Shown here piece by piece: positions 10,989 to 24,816 of a stretch of 64,000 nucleotides of DNA; position 1 is the first letter of the stretch; every line of letters begins with the position of its first letter. The stretch is from Balamuthia mandrillaris. Its lineage: Eukaryota. Both the position numbers and the translations under genes were made by a program. The notes under the pieces were generated by a model that searched no databases, was not told the DNA's origin, and saw only the letters and a program-made list of their open reading frames with translations. The DNA is taken from assembly GCA_031835245.2 (NCBI GenBank), contig JAVKOQ020000075.1:62001-126000 (forward strand). Reading direction: 5' to 3'.

Positions 10989-13900
10989 CTAGGGAAAACC
11001 TGTGTATCCCAAACATAAACTTTGCCGGAGAGAGAGCCACACCAAACGTCATTATCAACAAGCAACATTGCACTTATTTCGTCCTCAATACCGCCAAGTA
11101 TTCTCAACATGTTACCGGACTGATTTGGAAAAATCTTGTGAGCTAATTGAAAAAGATTATGATGTAATGCGCAGCTTAGGCTGAAAAATAAAATCTAACC
11201 TTGGCTTTCCATATCTTTATGGTTTTGTCAAGAGAAGAGGTCCACACAGTTCCGGACTGAGGTATGAAAAGGATATCCAAGATGCGATCGGCGTGAGCTT
11301 TTTTGCTGTAGGCAAGGTTTTCCTCCTCCAATGAGTAGATTAACAAATCTCCGTCTTCGTTGCCACACCATACCGACCCTGTTTGCACCTTGTTGCCTCC
11401 AGTGCTGTTTTTGAGCATGAATACAGTTGTTTTTACAAACAAGACAAGAAGAGAAAGGAGAAAAGAGGAAAAAGGAAAAAGAAAACAAAAGAAATGAACC
11501 TGGATACGCCAATGTCAGCCCAAACCAACGCCATGCAGTCTAACGAACCTTCCATTTGCTGAGGTATGCTTTTAACGAATCGGAACTCTTTCAGAGCGTT
11601 AATGTCTCTCCAAGGCACCTTTTGTGCTGTTCTGAAGGAGGACCTTCGGCTTCCGGGTTTGGAACCATAATCCATATTTTCTTCTTCGGCAATGGACGCT
11701 TTTCGGTCCTTTCGAACACTGCCGGCCATTAAAGAGGAAGTGGATGTCCCTTCCAAAGGGAATGAAGTCATATTCTTATCCACCTCCTCTTTGAAAGCAT
11801 CAACAGCGCTTTCACCCAACAACAATTCTTGTATCCGTATCAGCTCTTCCAAAATCTGTTTGAACGTGGGCCTGAAGGCAGGGTCTTCATGTAAACAAAT
11901 CTGCACTAAATTTTCCCAACGTTCTCGCCAGCTGCAAGTGTTGCTGTCATTTGGCGATGACGTTGTAGAGGAAGAAGAGGGAGAAGAGGAAAGCAAACGA
12001 GACGGATTCAACATGGAAGTGATGCTGCCTCTTCTGAACTTAGGAACACTTACTTCAGGCTCTTCTCCGGTAAGAAGCTCGCAGAGAATGACACCTAAAT
12101 CATGGAAAGTGAGAAAATTGGAATTGACTTGTTGCATTTGTGGTAGTGGTACCAAAGTTGTAAATGTCGGTTTTAGGAGACGCTTCAACAGGAAATGGTT
12201 CTCTTGAAAGAGTAGTGTCATCAACATTATTTTTCTTCTCGTCTCTGGGTGATGAGGAATCGGAGGAGTCTGGATGCGACGTGTGCCTGTTTTTCCAGCC
12301 CTTCAATCCTCCGCGAGGAGTAGATTCTCTTGATGATTCCTTTTGTTCAACTAGATTTCTGCTCATTGCATTTACCAACCATGAAGCTCCGATGCTATTC
12401 TCCCAATTCAACGGATAGAAATAAGTATGAAAGAAAAGAGGAGGAGAAAGGAAAGCAGAGCGCAGAGAGAGCAGAGGGAAGCGAGGATAAAAAAACGCAC
12501 TCTCCAATTTTTGGAATGAGAGGTTGCGACGAATCGACGGTATAATCTGGCACCTAACCAGAAAAACGAATATCAGAAGGGCAAACGACGAAGGTAAAAA
12601 AGCAAAACAATCCAAACCATGATGTTGCGAGAACAAAGGTCTGATTGCAGCAAAGCTGGTGGATGCAGAGAGTGAAGAAAATGCATAGCTTGGCATAGAT
12701 GCAACGCTATGTTGACATTTTGTGATGCCAAGCATTTTTCTGACAAGTCTTCGTCCGCCTCTTCTTCCGTGGTTTTCTCCTCCTGTTCTTCTTCTACAGC
12801 CTCAATCATTCTTTGTGTGCGTTGCTTAACATGAATGTGATGATAAAGGCTGCAAGAACCAACTGGCCTTTCCAACATAATCCCAACAATTGGGATTTGT
12901 AGTAAAGGTATAGTGTTTGTTGAGTCCGATCCTCCATTCTTCGCTTTTGCTTCTTCATCTCGGTTACAGCAATACATTCCCACCGATCGCAGCACGTTGG
13001 TGTGAAGACGTGTACTGCTTATCACATGCAATCAGTATTCGAAACATAAGACAAGAAGAATAAGAAAAGGAACAAACTTGAAAAGCCAAACAGTGCGAAC
13101 GAGCTCCCATATCAAGGTCATTGGTATAACAGCCGGAGGGGAGTCATTACTTGCTTTACCTCTCCAAATCCGCAACGCTCTGCTGTCCTCCCTTCTTGCC
13201 AGAATCGCCTTCCACTGTGCAACATCCATCAATAGAGAAGGTGGAGAAATGGCAGCCATCAACACCAAGTCAGGAACTAGTCTATCCATTCTAACTGGAT
13301 AAATGCCTCCGCAAGGAACCACTCTGACTTGCTTGGATTGTGGTTTGGAGACAAGGTTTTGGCATGTGTCGAAGGCAAAAAGTTCTGGAACTTCTTCCTC
13401 CGATTTACTGAAGAAGTGATTGGAGGCGGAAAGGCAGTGCAAGCATGGCACCTCCGTTGAGATGAGTAACTTGGAGAAGTTGAAACGGGGATGAAGATAC
13501 ATCTTTCCATCAAATTGCTCTGATGGGATACTAAACAAAAGCATATGAGTTAAAATAATAACATTGATATGAGAAAGAGCGATAGAGAGAGAGAGAGAGA
13601 GATAACGAAAAAGAAACGAACCTGGAGTAAACCTCTTCAACAGCAGAAGTAAGCGAAGATAAGGAAAAGTTGATAACGTCCAATAAACGATGAATTAGGA
13701 TTTGAGCAGGTAGAGAAGGTACTGCAACCAAATTATCTCTCTCCCATACGCTTACTTTCAAGACGTGATGCTGTTGTTTTGATCTCAACACTTCTACAGA
13801 CCTGCTCATCTCTTGTTGTTCAGAACTAGAATTATTGGTCTCTTCTTCCTCTTCCTCTTTTCCGTCTTCTCTCCCAGCACGCAAAGAACGCATCGAACGA

Positions 13901-16900
13901 GCAGCCAACGCCTTCGTTCGCATTCTTCGCTTGATCTGCGTTTCAATAGCAGAAGAACAAGTAACCAGCTGAACAATAGCGCACGTATTGCCATCGTCTA
14001 ATTTGTTGGAGAGAATGAGGCCTTGTCGCCAGTAACACTCCACTTGCATTGCTATAAGGTGTTGGGCCTCACTTGTTGGATTACAAAGATTTCGCAGCAA
14101 ACGAACCAACAATCTCGCAAAGATTCCAGGTGGCAAAAAGCTAAACAACCACCATCGCTCGAACTTGACGTCTCCCATCTTTTTCATTCCGAAAGAATCG
14201 ATCTCTTTTTGCTTTTGGATTTCCTTTTGCGTTTCCTTCTTTTCTTTTTGGGTCTTGCTGTTGTTCTTCTCATCCATCTCTTCGTCTCTGTCATCGTTAT
14301 ACAGTATGTCTCGTTCGTAGGTACGACGTTCGGGCTCCACGACGGAAGATGGATGAATTTTCTCTTTCAGGTATCTCGTCCACTTGTGGGATGAAGACGA
14401 AGATAATGTGTTCTTTCTGGTTGCAACATTCTTTCCATTGATAACTCTGGGATGAAAAGGGAACATGGATGGCATCACGCTCTTCTCCACAGGCGTAGAA
14501 GAAGAATCATCAGATAGAGGAGCGTAGTTGAGAGCGAAGCTGTTCGTGCGGTCGGTGTACGTGAGTTCCAACCGTTCCAATATAGAGAACAAGAGAGGAA
14601 AAGCTGCCTCATGATAACCAACTACAAACTTGTCGAGGTCAGCGTCGCTAGCAAAGAGCCATGGCGAGTGTTCCCGTAAAGGATGGTCGTGCAAAACGTC
14701 TTTAAAAAGCTCCTCTTCCTCCAGAGATGACCAAACATGTTTCAGGTTACGGTGGTAGAAGACGCCTTCGCTCTTTCCATCGTCTGGCAATGTAAAAGAG
14801 GGAGAGGAGTGTTTTGAGCGCTGGCTTCCTTTCTCTTTCTTCTTTTTCTTTTGCTTCTTACCGTTTTCATCACCGGAGTCGTCCTTTTTATTGTTTTGGT
14901 TTGGTGCATCTTTCTCGTCTGATTTGTGCTTTTTGTTGTCGGATATTTTTTCTTCTGTTGTGGAAGAGCGTCTGGTAGCAGATACTGGGGCGGAACTCTT
15001 TCGCTTTCGTAAGAGCGAGAGGACGCTGCGTCGATTGCGGTGTGCTTCAAACACAGAATACATGACTCCAACCAGCCAATCCACATCCAAAAATACAGAC
15101 AAAGATGATGGCTCCGGTTCATATGAAGAAGAAGAGGAAGGATCAGTTGTGGTGCTAGGGAAGTAAAATACACTTCCTGTGCTATGCAGAAAATCGGCAA
15201 CTTGTGTTAACGGTACTTTGTCCTTGTTGTTGGCGTCGTTGGTTTTGGATAGACCGAGTAATGCTGCTGCCTCTTGAAACTCGGGCCAAGAGAGAGCAGG
15301 CAAACGCACGGACTGTGGAATCCCATTGTAACTCTTGCTTCGTTGCTCTTGAAAACGTTCCATGCTAAGAGCGGCAAGCATTTCGGCTAGCACGTGGTAA
15401 CGTTGAGGTACTGGCTTTGACAACGGTCTGATAGATGGATGGGCGATTTTAGAATAACTAATTTCGTGTGAGAAAGCGAGAAGAATGATATTACCCTAAC
15501 TCCAACGCAACAGCGTTGAGCTTGGATTGTAATTCCGTGATGCCATCTAACTTCAAGCAATTAACAGCGGTGGCCCATCTTATGAATGGATAGTTGGAAA
15601 GGTATTTGTGCACTATGTGGTGCCTCAGTGCTAATTGAAAGAAGCCTTCGCGCGGCGTTTGCCCAACTGGATTATTCGAGATCGGAAATTTAGCAAATAA
15701 ATGCGAGAGAGAGTGGAATTAAAGGGAAGTTACCAGAAATAAGAAAATCGACAGCCCGTTTGTGATCCATGTGAGTGGCGACAATGACCACCGAAGGCGG
15801 GGAGCCTGACGGAGAACACCTTGACTCAATGCATTGAAGCCACCACTCCAAACCTTCTTCAGCATGCGCTGCACTCATGTCCCACACAAGCAGTATCACC
15901 GCACGCTCCTCCGCAATAAACAATTGGTGTATATCTCTCAGATCAAAGGCACCTTTCATCAATTGCAATTTCAGCAAGAAAGAGGGTAGAGAGAGGGAGC
16001 GGAAGGGTATACCATCAAAGTCCCATGCTTGGTAGGATATTTCAGTAAAGGAGGTGGCAGCACCAGTTCTGCGTTCGCCAAAAAGACCAGCTGCGGCTGA
16101 CTGCGACGATGAAGAAGTTGTCTCTTCATTGATCGGGAGGAGAAGGTCTTCCACGATATGAATGCCTTGATGACTTCCGGATTGTATCTGGTGTTTGTTC
16201 TTTTTGCCCTTCTTCCGTTTCACTTTCGGCGATGACTTTTTCTCTTCCTTCGTTTTTTCTTTGTCTTCCTTTGTCTTCATTTCTCTTTCTTCTTTGTCTT
16301 CTTTTTGCACTCTATCCCTCTTAATGAATCTTGTGCTTAGAACTTTGGTTGCTCGCATTTTACCCGATTTCTTCAGGCCACTGTTGCTGCCGCTATGTTC
16401 TCCTCTCGGCACTATAACGCTCCTATGCGATGGAACAGGACTTGCAACAGATGGCTCCTCTTTGTCCGCTGAACTCGCTTTGTCTTTCTTCTTTTTCTTC
16501 GGAAGAGCTTTTTGCAGACTAGACAGTAATGTTGTCTTTCCTGCTCCCTCTGTTCATTGGTTATGTGTGTCAGAACATCAAGACTGGAAAACAAAGAACT
16601 AGACGTTACGTACTGTCACCAAGAATTAGCAGTTTAACTCTTCCAAAAGGTTGGGACTGGTTCAGTATCTTCCGGTAATGAGTGACAAGAGCAACAGCCT
16701 GCAAGCCCTTATCCACAACAGCAGGCGGTAACGGTGGAGGCGGAGGCTCAGCGACTGTCACCGAAGTGTGGGGAGAGTCAGGTGGCATGGACAAGGAGAC
16801 GAAGATGGGTGCTGGAAAGAAGATAGGTCCAAGACTTGCGTTCAGAGAAGGGTGGTTGTGTTGTGTGTTAAGTTGCTGAAGGTTGGGAAGAAGGCCAATA

Positions 16901-17782
16901 GTGGCTGGTAGGTTTTGTAGAGCGTTGTGAGAGATGTCGAGCTCCCTCAGCGCGTGAAGATGTCCTATCTCGTAGGGTAGATAGGAGAGTTGGTTGTAAC
17001 ACAGAAAGAGGCGGCGCAATGAAGTGAGCGCTTTGATGGGAGAGTAAAGTGCAGTTAGCTTGTTCATGGCCAAGTCTAGCTCCAGCAAATGTGTTAGTTG
17101 AAAGAGAGCTACTGGGACGGTGCTAAGATGGTTGCCTCTAAGAGACAGGACCTAGAGTTACAAACAAAAGAAAACGTGAGCCGAAGAACAATAAAGCGCA
17201 ACAAATAAGAAAAATTAAACCTCAAGCTTGGATAGAAGGCTTATCTGCTGGGGTAAGGTACTGAGCTTGTTGTAACAAAGATGAAGCTGCTTAAGGTTTC
17301 TCAGCGCCATGCACAGCTCCACCGGAAACTCATTGAGCTTGTTCGCGCTCAAAACCATCACCTCCCAGTTGCCTCCTTGAGAATCTTTTCTCTTTGTTTT
17401 CTTTTTCTTCTTCTTTGCGTTACTATCGCCATCCTTCACATTCAGCGTTTCCAGTGAGTTTCCCAACAAGTTGAGTTTAGTGGGCTTCTTTCCGGTAATA
17501 GGACCTGCTGAAGGATAGAGCTTTTCCTTCAGAAGAGAGGACGATGTTTGGTGATTGGTGTTACTGTTATGGTTGCAGCAAAAGTCGGACCAGTGACGAG
17601 AGAACCATTCTGCGTTATTGGGACTGCGGTCCTCCTTGCTATTCTTACGTTTAGTAGGTCCTTGCATGTAGTGCTCTTTCAGCTTCTGCAGCTTTCTTTC
17701 CAAAAGGGTCAAAGGATAACTCGCTTTGTTATGCACAAAAAAAAAATGGAAATGAGTGCGACGCGAGAGAGAGAGAAGAGAG

Positions 17783-17820
<38 letters not shown>

Positions 17821-18169
17821 TGTCATAGTTCTTTCGCTGCGAGAAAAGGGCCTCAAGCATCATTTCAACGCTGTGAATGGGCAATGGCATGCCTTCCTCT
17901 CTGTCAGCAGGCGAAAGGGAGAGCACTTGGTAGCTATGGCTCTTCGCTGGCACCTCATGTTTGTGAGTGCTGTCGTTATTGCTGCTTCCATTTGCGATAT
18001 CTCCAACATCTTGCAATTGTTGCAGGTTGATTTCCGAACGGGCTCGCACACTTAGTATTCTTCCAGGCACTCTATCCAGCCGTTGTGAAAGCAACTGTCG
18101 CAACGCTGCAGGTCTATCATCAATAGCTGTTCCCTCGCTTGTGTTAGTTTGTCGACATTTATCTAAGAA

Positions 18170-18208
<39 letters not shown>

Positions 18209-18998
18209 TGGACAACAAAAGCAACGAAAAAAAGCGCAACCACAACGAGAAGGATAAAAAAGTGATACCTCCAGTAGAGCGGCGTTTAGGGCGAGTTTCA
18301 CGTCGCAAGCGCTGTTTTTCACGAAGCCGCGGCGCAGCCAGCAGCAGCATAGGCACGCTCCTTCGGTACAGGCGCCGTTGGTGAGGACTGCCCCTACCCC
18401 ATTGACAACCTCCTCTCTCTTGATCCTCCAGTTCAGCTGGTGGTTGTTCTTGTTCGAGTATGAGGTCGGGGTCGAAACTGTATCGTCCCGTTAGTAGCAG
18501 GTCGTCCCTTTGGAACCTCCAAATCTGAGACCAAGAGGAAGCCTCACCTTCCTCTTCTTCCTCCTCGTCATTTGTGTCTCTTCGCCTGAGGGCTGGACCC
18601 AAATCAAGTTTCAGTCGTTCTTTGGCTATAAGAAAACTTCCCGTTGTTTTGGAAGGCGAAGAGGAGGAGGCTGTTTCACGTTTTGTTGCGGCTTGTTGTC
18701 GCTCTCTTTCTTCTCTTCTTCGGCGAAGCTCCTCCACCTTTCTCTTCCTCTCCAACCTCTCTTTTTCCTTTTGCTCTTCTGATCCTTCTCCGTTGCTATC
18801 ACTGCCGCCGCTGCTTACACCACCACTACCGCCGCTGCTGCTGTTGCTGGAGGTATTGGTAGAAGAGGAGTTGAAACCCATCTTCTTTCTGATTTCCTCA
18901 ACACGACGTTTTCTCTCCTCCGCTGACAAGGCAGAGGCCGACGAGGTCAGGGAGGAGGGCGAGCTTGGCTCTCCTCCTCCACCTCCTTTACCCTCCAT
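10361..18998 (-). CDS. Roco-family protein: N-terminal low-complexity region, LRR, Roc GTPase, COR, degenerate kinase, WD40
   Basis: LRRs at about 16850-17350; Roc VKLLILGD|KGAGKTT, WDFDG, VATHMD; COR VFLDVDWL and FLPPGIFARLLVRL; kinase remnants; C-terminal WD40 repeats (SGSWDKSI, SSSWDKTVCVWE*). Linkage of the 5'-most exon (18159-18998) is less certain. Confidence 0.85.
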
Positions 18999-19127
18999 AG
19001 TCCAGCGGCAAACTTGAAAAACGAAAACAAAACCAAGTCACGCCTGGTTCGTGACCTCTCCTTCCTGTTTGCTGCTCCTCCCCCCTCTATTGTGTAACAC
19101 AAGGAAAGCCCTACTTATTATTATTAA

Positions 19128-22100
19128 TTAATGTGTGTGTGGGCGTTTTGCCGTTTTCTTTGTGTTGGTCTTCTTCTGGTGCACCACAATGGGAACACGC
19201 GCACCAACGCACCCTGGCCTGTTGGTGGAATGCCGCGCCAACATGGTCGACAGGAGGAGGAACAGACAGCAATTGTCTTGTTTCTGGAACAAAAAAAAAA
19301 CTAAAGTATACATACAAATGGGGAGAAAAGAAGCGGATAAACTAGACCTCCCACTCGCCATCCACCAGAATGACTTCCTTCTTCTTGATAGGAGACTCGC
19401 TTTCTTTGTCCTTCTCCGCAGAAGACGATCCGTCCGACTTTTTGCTCCTTCCTTCTTTGGCAGAGGCAGAGGAACCTTCGCGCCTGGGCTTTTTTTCACC
19501 ACTGCCGGAGCTTCCTCCAGAGGCTCTTTCCTTGTCATGCTTGGCTCTTCTGTTGTTTTGTTCCTTTTCGTCCTCCCTCTTGTGACGCGGGCTGACATGA
19601 CCCGCGCCCTCCCTAAGCCTCCCCGAAGAGGTGGAACGACGAGCCATTCCAGAGGGACTGCTGCTACCAGCGTTGTTGCTGTCATCTTTGGAACGAGGAG
19701 TCTTTGTCTTTGGTGTAGCATTGCTTCCGCTGGCTGACGAGGGAGACGGAGCTGGCGAGGAGGAAGAGGAGGAAAGGGTGGTGTTGGAAGCTGTGGTGAC
19801 GGCAGCGGTGGCAGCAGCAGAGGAACTATCTTCGGTGGAGGACTTTTCATCTCGATGGTGCCTTCGGCTGCTTCTGCCTTTGCTGCTGGAACCAGAGCCC
19901 CTGCTACTTTTCTTGCCAGAGGAGGACTGGTCGTCCTGGATGGAGGATGAGAGAGGGGATGAGGACTGGTCGCTTCCACTATCGTCTTCCCGGTCGGCTG
20001 ATTCAGCAGTGGGAGAGGGGATGGCTTCTTCTGATTTAGCCCCATAGCCTTCCTCTGAAAGCTGTACAGCGGCAGCTGCGGACTGCTTGCGACCCTTTCC
20101 TGAACTACGCCCTCTGCTTCCTTTCTTCCTTTCGGCTGAATTCTTCTTGCTACCACCGCCACCAGAGGATTTACTGTGAAGGCTGGTGCTGCTGCTGTGA
20201 GGGCTCGTCTTCTTGGGAGGCTCTGCCACTTCTTCCTTTTCTTCCATGATAGCTTCCTCACTGTCTTCAGGAGGTGGAGCGATGCCAAGAGCTGCCAGGT
20301 TCTCCTCTGACTTGGTTGGGCCTTCGTTCCTTCTCCTTTCCTTGCCGCCCATCTTGGCTCGAACACGCTCTCTGGCAGCTTCTACTTTGTGTCGCTTCTC
20401 TTCCTCTTCCTGGAGGTGTCGGATAGCATCTGCTTCTCTGTCCTTCTTTTCGGCATCATCCTGCTCTCTCTTCATCTTGGCTGCCATAAGTTCCCTCTGG
20501 AAAGCTTCTTTCCATTCCATAGCTTTCGATGAGCTGTGCTCATCACCATCCTTTTGCTCCAGCTCCTCCTCCAGCTCACGACGAGCCCTTTCTTCCTCTT
20601 CCTTCATCCTTCTAATGCTCTCCTCTGCTTCTCGCTTCTTAGCGAGAAGAGCTTGTCTCTCCTTTTCCAGTTCTTTCTCTTTTCGTTTCTTTTCCTCTTC
20701 TATTTCCTGTCTTGCCTCTTCTTCCTCTTGCTGAAGTTTTCGCATTTCTTCTTCCATTTGCCTCTTTCTTTCCAGAAGTATCCTCTTCTCTCGTTCGTAT
20801 GGGTCCTCATCTTTAGGGTGACTCGCTGGTGCAGTGAGTGCTGCTGGCGTCGTTGGTGCCTTGTGCTGCAATTCCTCCAACTCCCTTTGTCTCCTTGCCT
20901 TCTCTCTCTCCACGCTTTGTCGCTCAGCTTCCAACTCCCTTTCCCTCCTCAACTTTTCTCTTTCCGCTATTTTCCTTTCCTCCTCCTCCGCTGCTTCTTT
21001 CAGTCTCTTCTTCTCCGCTTCAGCTGCAGCCTCTTTTCTTTCCTTCTCTTCAAGCTCACGTTTTTTCCTCTCTTCTTCCTCTCTTTTCCTCTCTTCCTCC
21101 CTCCTTGCCTGCTCTTCCTGTTCCTTTTTCTTCTTCGCGTCCTCTTCTTTCTGCCTCGTCTGCTCTTCGCTGGTAGAAGAGGGCGTTGCTTTGCTTCCCT
21201 TTCGCGGGACTGCTCTTCGCATGGGCACTGGTACATCAGGCGCATGCGCGTGTCTGTATGCTTCCAAAAGCAGTGAAGGAGCTACCACGCCAGAGGGCTC
21301 CACTGTCATTGCTATCTCTGTGGGGCTCATGAGTGGAAAACGAACCAACTCCAGAAGGTCTTTCAACAGTTCATCCAAAGCTTCTGCAACACGAAGATGG
21401 TGAGAAAGCATTAACCACAGAAATGACACCAGAAGAACAAAACCCAAAAAAAAAAACTGTTGCTAGTCAACAGACTGGTTGAGTAAGAAGTTCGCAGTTA
21501 CGTACTAGGTGTTTGAGCCACTTCCTGTTGGTGTTTACCCCATGCCAGCACTGCAGTAAACAATTCGACCTCTCTTACCTCCAAGTTGTCGCTGCGCAGC
21601 AAAGTCTCCAGCTCTTGTTTGGCTAGCGTCTTGAAGGACGGGTGAAGACAGAGCTTACTAGTCTGTTGCTCCATGTAGCCGAAGCACCGCGAAACCAAGT
21701 CCTTGTGGCCATGCGTGTTTGCTGCTTGCAACACTTCCACCACGCTCTCTGCATTTAACTGTATTTTGTTGTTGTGTTTGTGTTTTTTCTTGAATCAGTC
21801 AACTGATATTGAAGCAAGGGCCAGGGGGTGCCTTGCCTCCATCTTCGCAATCCGCTTGGCACACCGTTTCGCTAACAGGTCCAGGCCCAGTCCTGTAACT
21901 GACTTCCACAAAGGAAGCAAAAAGAGAGCCTGTTCAGAGACTGAACCTAAAGATAGGGAATCTTCGTTAGTTTTGTTGCCCGCTATTTCAACTAATAGAG
22001 AGGGAGAGGGAGAGAGAGGGAGAGAGGGAGAGAGGGAGAGAGAGAGAGAGAGAGAAGGAGTACCGGTGCTCAGATCTGTTTTGAAAAGTAGTTCGTCCTT

Positions 22101-22382
22101 GTCTGTGTAGATCCACTCAATAACACGTGTCAGTGCGTCACCGCATCCTGAAAACCTCTCACCGTCCATCTGAACCTCATGGATCGTAGGCTCCATGAAT
22201 AGCTCTAGAAAGTAGGGACATCTTGCTGCTAGTATGACCTTATGTGCCATCACTTTCTGGCAGCTCTTTTGATCGTCCGAAGGAAATCGTAGAGTCACAT
22301 CACTCAACAAGCTTTTGCCATAGAACCTAGCGATGTCTTGGCGATAAGCGTCCGCGTCCTTTCCCTTGGCTACCGCGGCCAT
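19128..22382 (-). CDS. BTB/POZ-BACK protein with long coiled-coil and Ser-rich C-terminus
   Basis: SDVTLRF...AHKVILAARCPYFLELF (BTB); LRSDNLEVREVELFTAVLAW and LELVRFPLMS (BACK); E/K/R-rich coiled coil. Final exon and stop are uncertain. Confidence 0.8.
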
Positions 22383-22903
22383 CTTTCCTATGCCCTCTCT
22401 GTCTGCTTCCCAATAGTTCTTGTCGATTTTTGCGGGGAAAAAGTGTGTGCGAACGTTGCGCCAATCAAGGAGGAGAGAAGGGGCATGTTCTTGCGCCAAA
22501 CGCCGCCCCCTTTTTCCTCACCTTAAAAGGAGGTGGTGGTTGTCATGGTTATTGTTAGCAGAAAAATAGGGGGAGAACAAGGGAGAAAGACATGCGGGGC
22601 AAGGGGATAAGACATGAGAGAGAGAAAGGGATTTTAAGTTTAGTTTTTAGTTTTTTGTAAGTTTAAACCACAACATCGAGACAAAAGAGAAGATACAAAT
22701 TTTGGTCCGAGGCAACCAAACAACGCAGGGGGAAAAAAAGGCGACCAAACAAAGAGAACAAAAGAACAGAAAAAAGGGGAGGAAAAAGACAAAAAAAAGC
22801 AAAGGAAAAACCGTTCCTCATGCAGTCGTTGTTGTACAAGGTCCATCATCGGTTTCCTCCCACAAGGTTGATTGCTCGGCCGCCGCAAAGTGCATACACT
22901 TGC

Positions 22904-23283
22904 TCAATTTTCCTCATCGCTGTCGCTGGTAATGCTCTCAGAGTCCTCCTCATCGTCCGCCGCATACAAGTAAAGATTGTTGTTGGCAGCCACCGCCACA
23001 ATGTCCTCCTGTGGATGCCAAGACACGTGCAGCACCTTCTTGTTAAAGTCGAGGTCGTCTGGGTTGAGGTCCATGTCGGACTTTTTCTTGCTGGGGCCGC
23101 GGCCAAGCTTTATTCTCAATGGTTCTGTTCTCTCTCCTTGTATGTCGTAGATGTTGAAGTAGTTGTGATAACTTCCAGTAATGAGGTGGCTTTAGTGAAA
23201 AGAGAGATGAAAGTCAAGGAAAAAATAACCAAGGGTGGAAAGCAAGATAAGAGAACGAACAAAGAAAACGAAGAGAAAAGAGG

Positions 23284-23325
<42 letters not shown>

Positions 23326-24816
23326 GAGGGAGAGAATATTCCGTTTAAAAGGATACTCGCCACCACCGCTCATAGTACACTCGAATTTATCGAAAATACA
23401 GTCGTTCTCGTAGAGGTCGCAAAGCTTAGACTTAAGGTAGTCATGGATGCGAATGGTTCTCACAGGCTTATTTTCCATGTTGATATCCCAAAGCTTTAGT
23501 GTAAGATAGTCTCGTGAAAGTATGTAACGTCCATCGGGACTAAACTTAATGTCTGAAATGGAGGCAATAATTTCTGAAAAGAAAGACTTGTTTGCCGGAT
23601 CCTCCTCCTCTTCGAACTCTGCAGAACCGAACAAGATAAAGAGGGAGATAACAGGAAAAGTGATTTGGTAAGAAAGGTGCTGCCCCAACGAACGTAACAG
23701 AAAATACAAACTTTTTGCATAATCATCACACAAAGCAGCTTGTCTCATATCTCCCAATTTGATGGTACCCTTGCTGCTGCTATACATTAAGTACTGGCAA
23801 TTCTGAGGATGGAAGTCCGCAGCCGTTATAACTTCCGTCAACTCTTCCATGTTTGCTGGCTTGATATCCACAACATCTTTGAGAGGGCAAGGGTAAAGGA
23901 TAAAACGGGAAGAAAGATAGGAAGAAAAAACAAAAAAGAGCAGAGGACAAAGAAGAAAGGATACTGAAGCTTTGATCAGAGATTTCTAGGTTCCAAAGGT
24001 TGATCCTCAAGTCGTCGGCAGAGATGAAGGTTTCGCCATCGGTGTTAAGAGAGATAGAGTTAATGTGGTAGGCATGGGCATTAGCAAAGATCTTGCGGGG
24101 AACGGCCGTTTTTTGCCGCTCTCGAGTGGCAGGAAGAGGAGGAAGTGAGACCACTCCTTTTTTGCGGTTTCTTGGCGGAGCAGGAGAGGCGCTCATCATT
24201 TTGTCGTACACTTTCCATAGCTTTACGGTCTTGTCTTTAAAATGGAAAGAGTGATAAAGAAAATGCAGTGTTACCATCAACCTCACAGCAGATTAAAGAG
24301 GGGAGGGGAGGAAAGGAAGTACCATTGGTAGTAAGAAGGAAATGGGCGTTGTTGTAGGCGCGGCACCACTTGATTTTATTTATCTTTTCTTCAATCTCCA
24401 AACTTTTCAAGTAGTCAAACTCTGCTGTGTGGCTTTGAAACTCGGCAAAGAATTTGTATTCACAAGGAGTATCATCGCTCTGAAATCAATAATCGTACGG
24501 TAGAAGAGAGCAGAGAAATCAGAAAAAAAGAAAAAGAAAAGAAAGAAAAACAAGAGATGAGGATGGGGAAAAAGAAGGGGAAGAAACGATTTTTACATAC
24601 CTCCACACGCTGAAAGATAACCACTCGGCCACCCCTGTCTCCGGCAGCAAGGTATTCTCCGGTGCTGTCGAATTCGATCGCAGACACTATGTCGGCCTCC
24701 GTGACCTCGGTGTGAGGCTCTCCGAAAACCTGGCAAAACTGCCAGTCCAACTCCCTTCTTTCTGTCATCCCTCCATTCGAGTTTGAGTTCGTCCGTGTGT
24801 TCTTCACCACTTCCAT
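22904..24816 (-). CDS. PPP2R2: Protein phosphatase 2A regulatory subunit B55 (PR55)
   Basis: [86 protein letters not shown]. Confidence 0.97.

Noticed and set aside
19128..21403. Numerous long overlapping ORFs on both strands
   Set aside because: Shadow frames of the low-complexity coiled-coil exon of the BTB gene.
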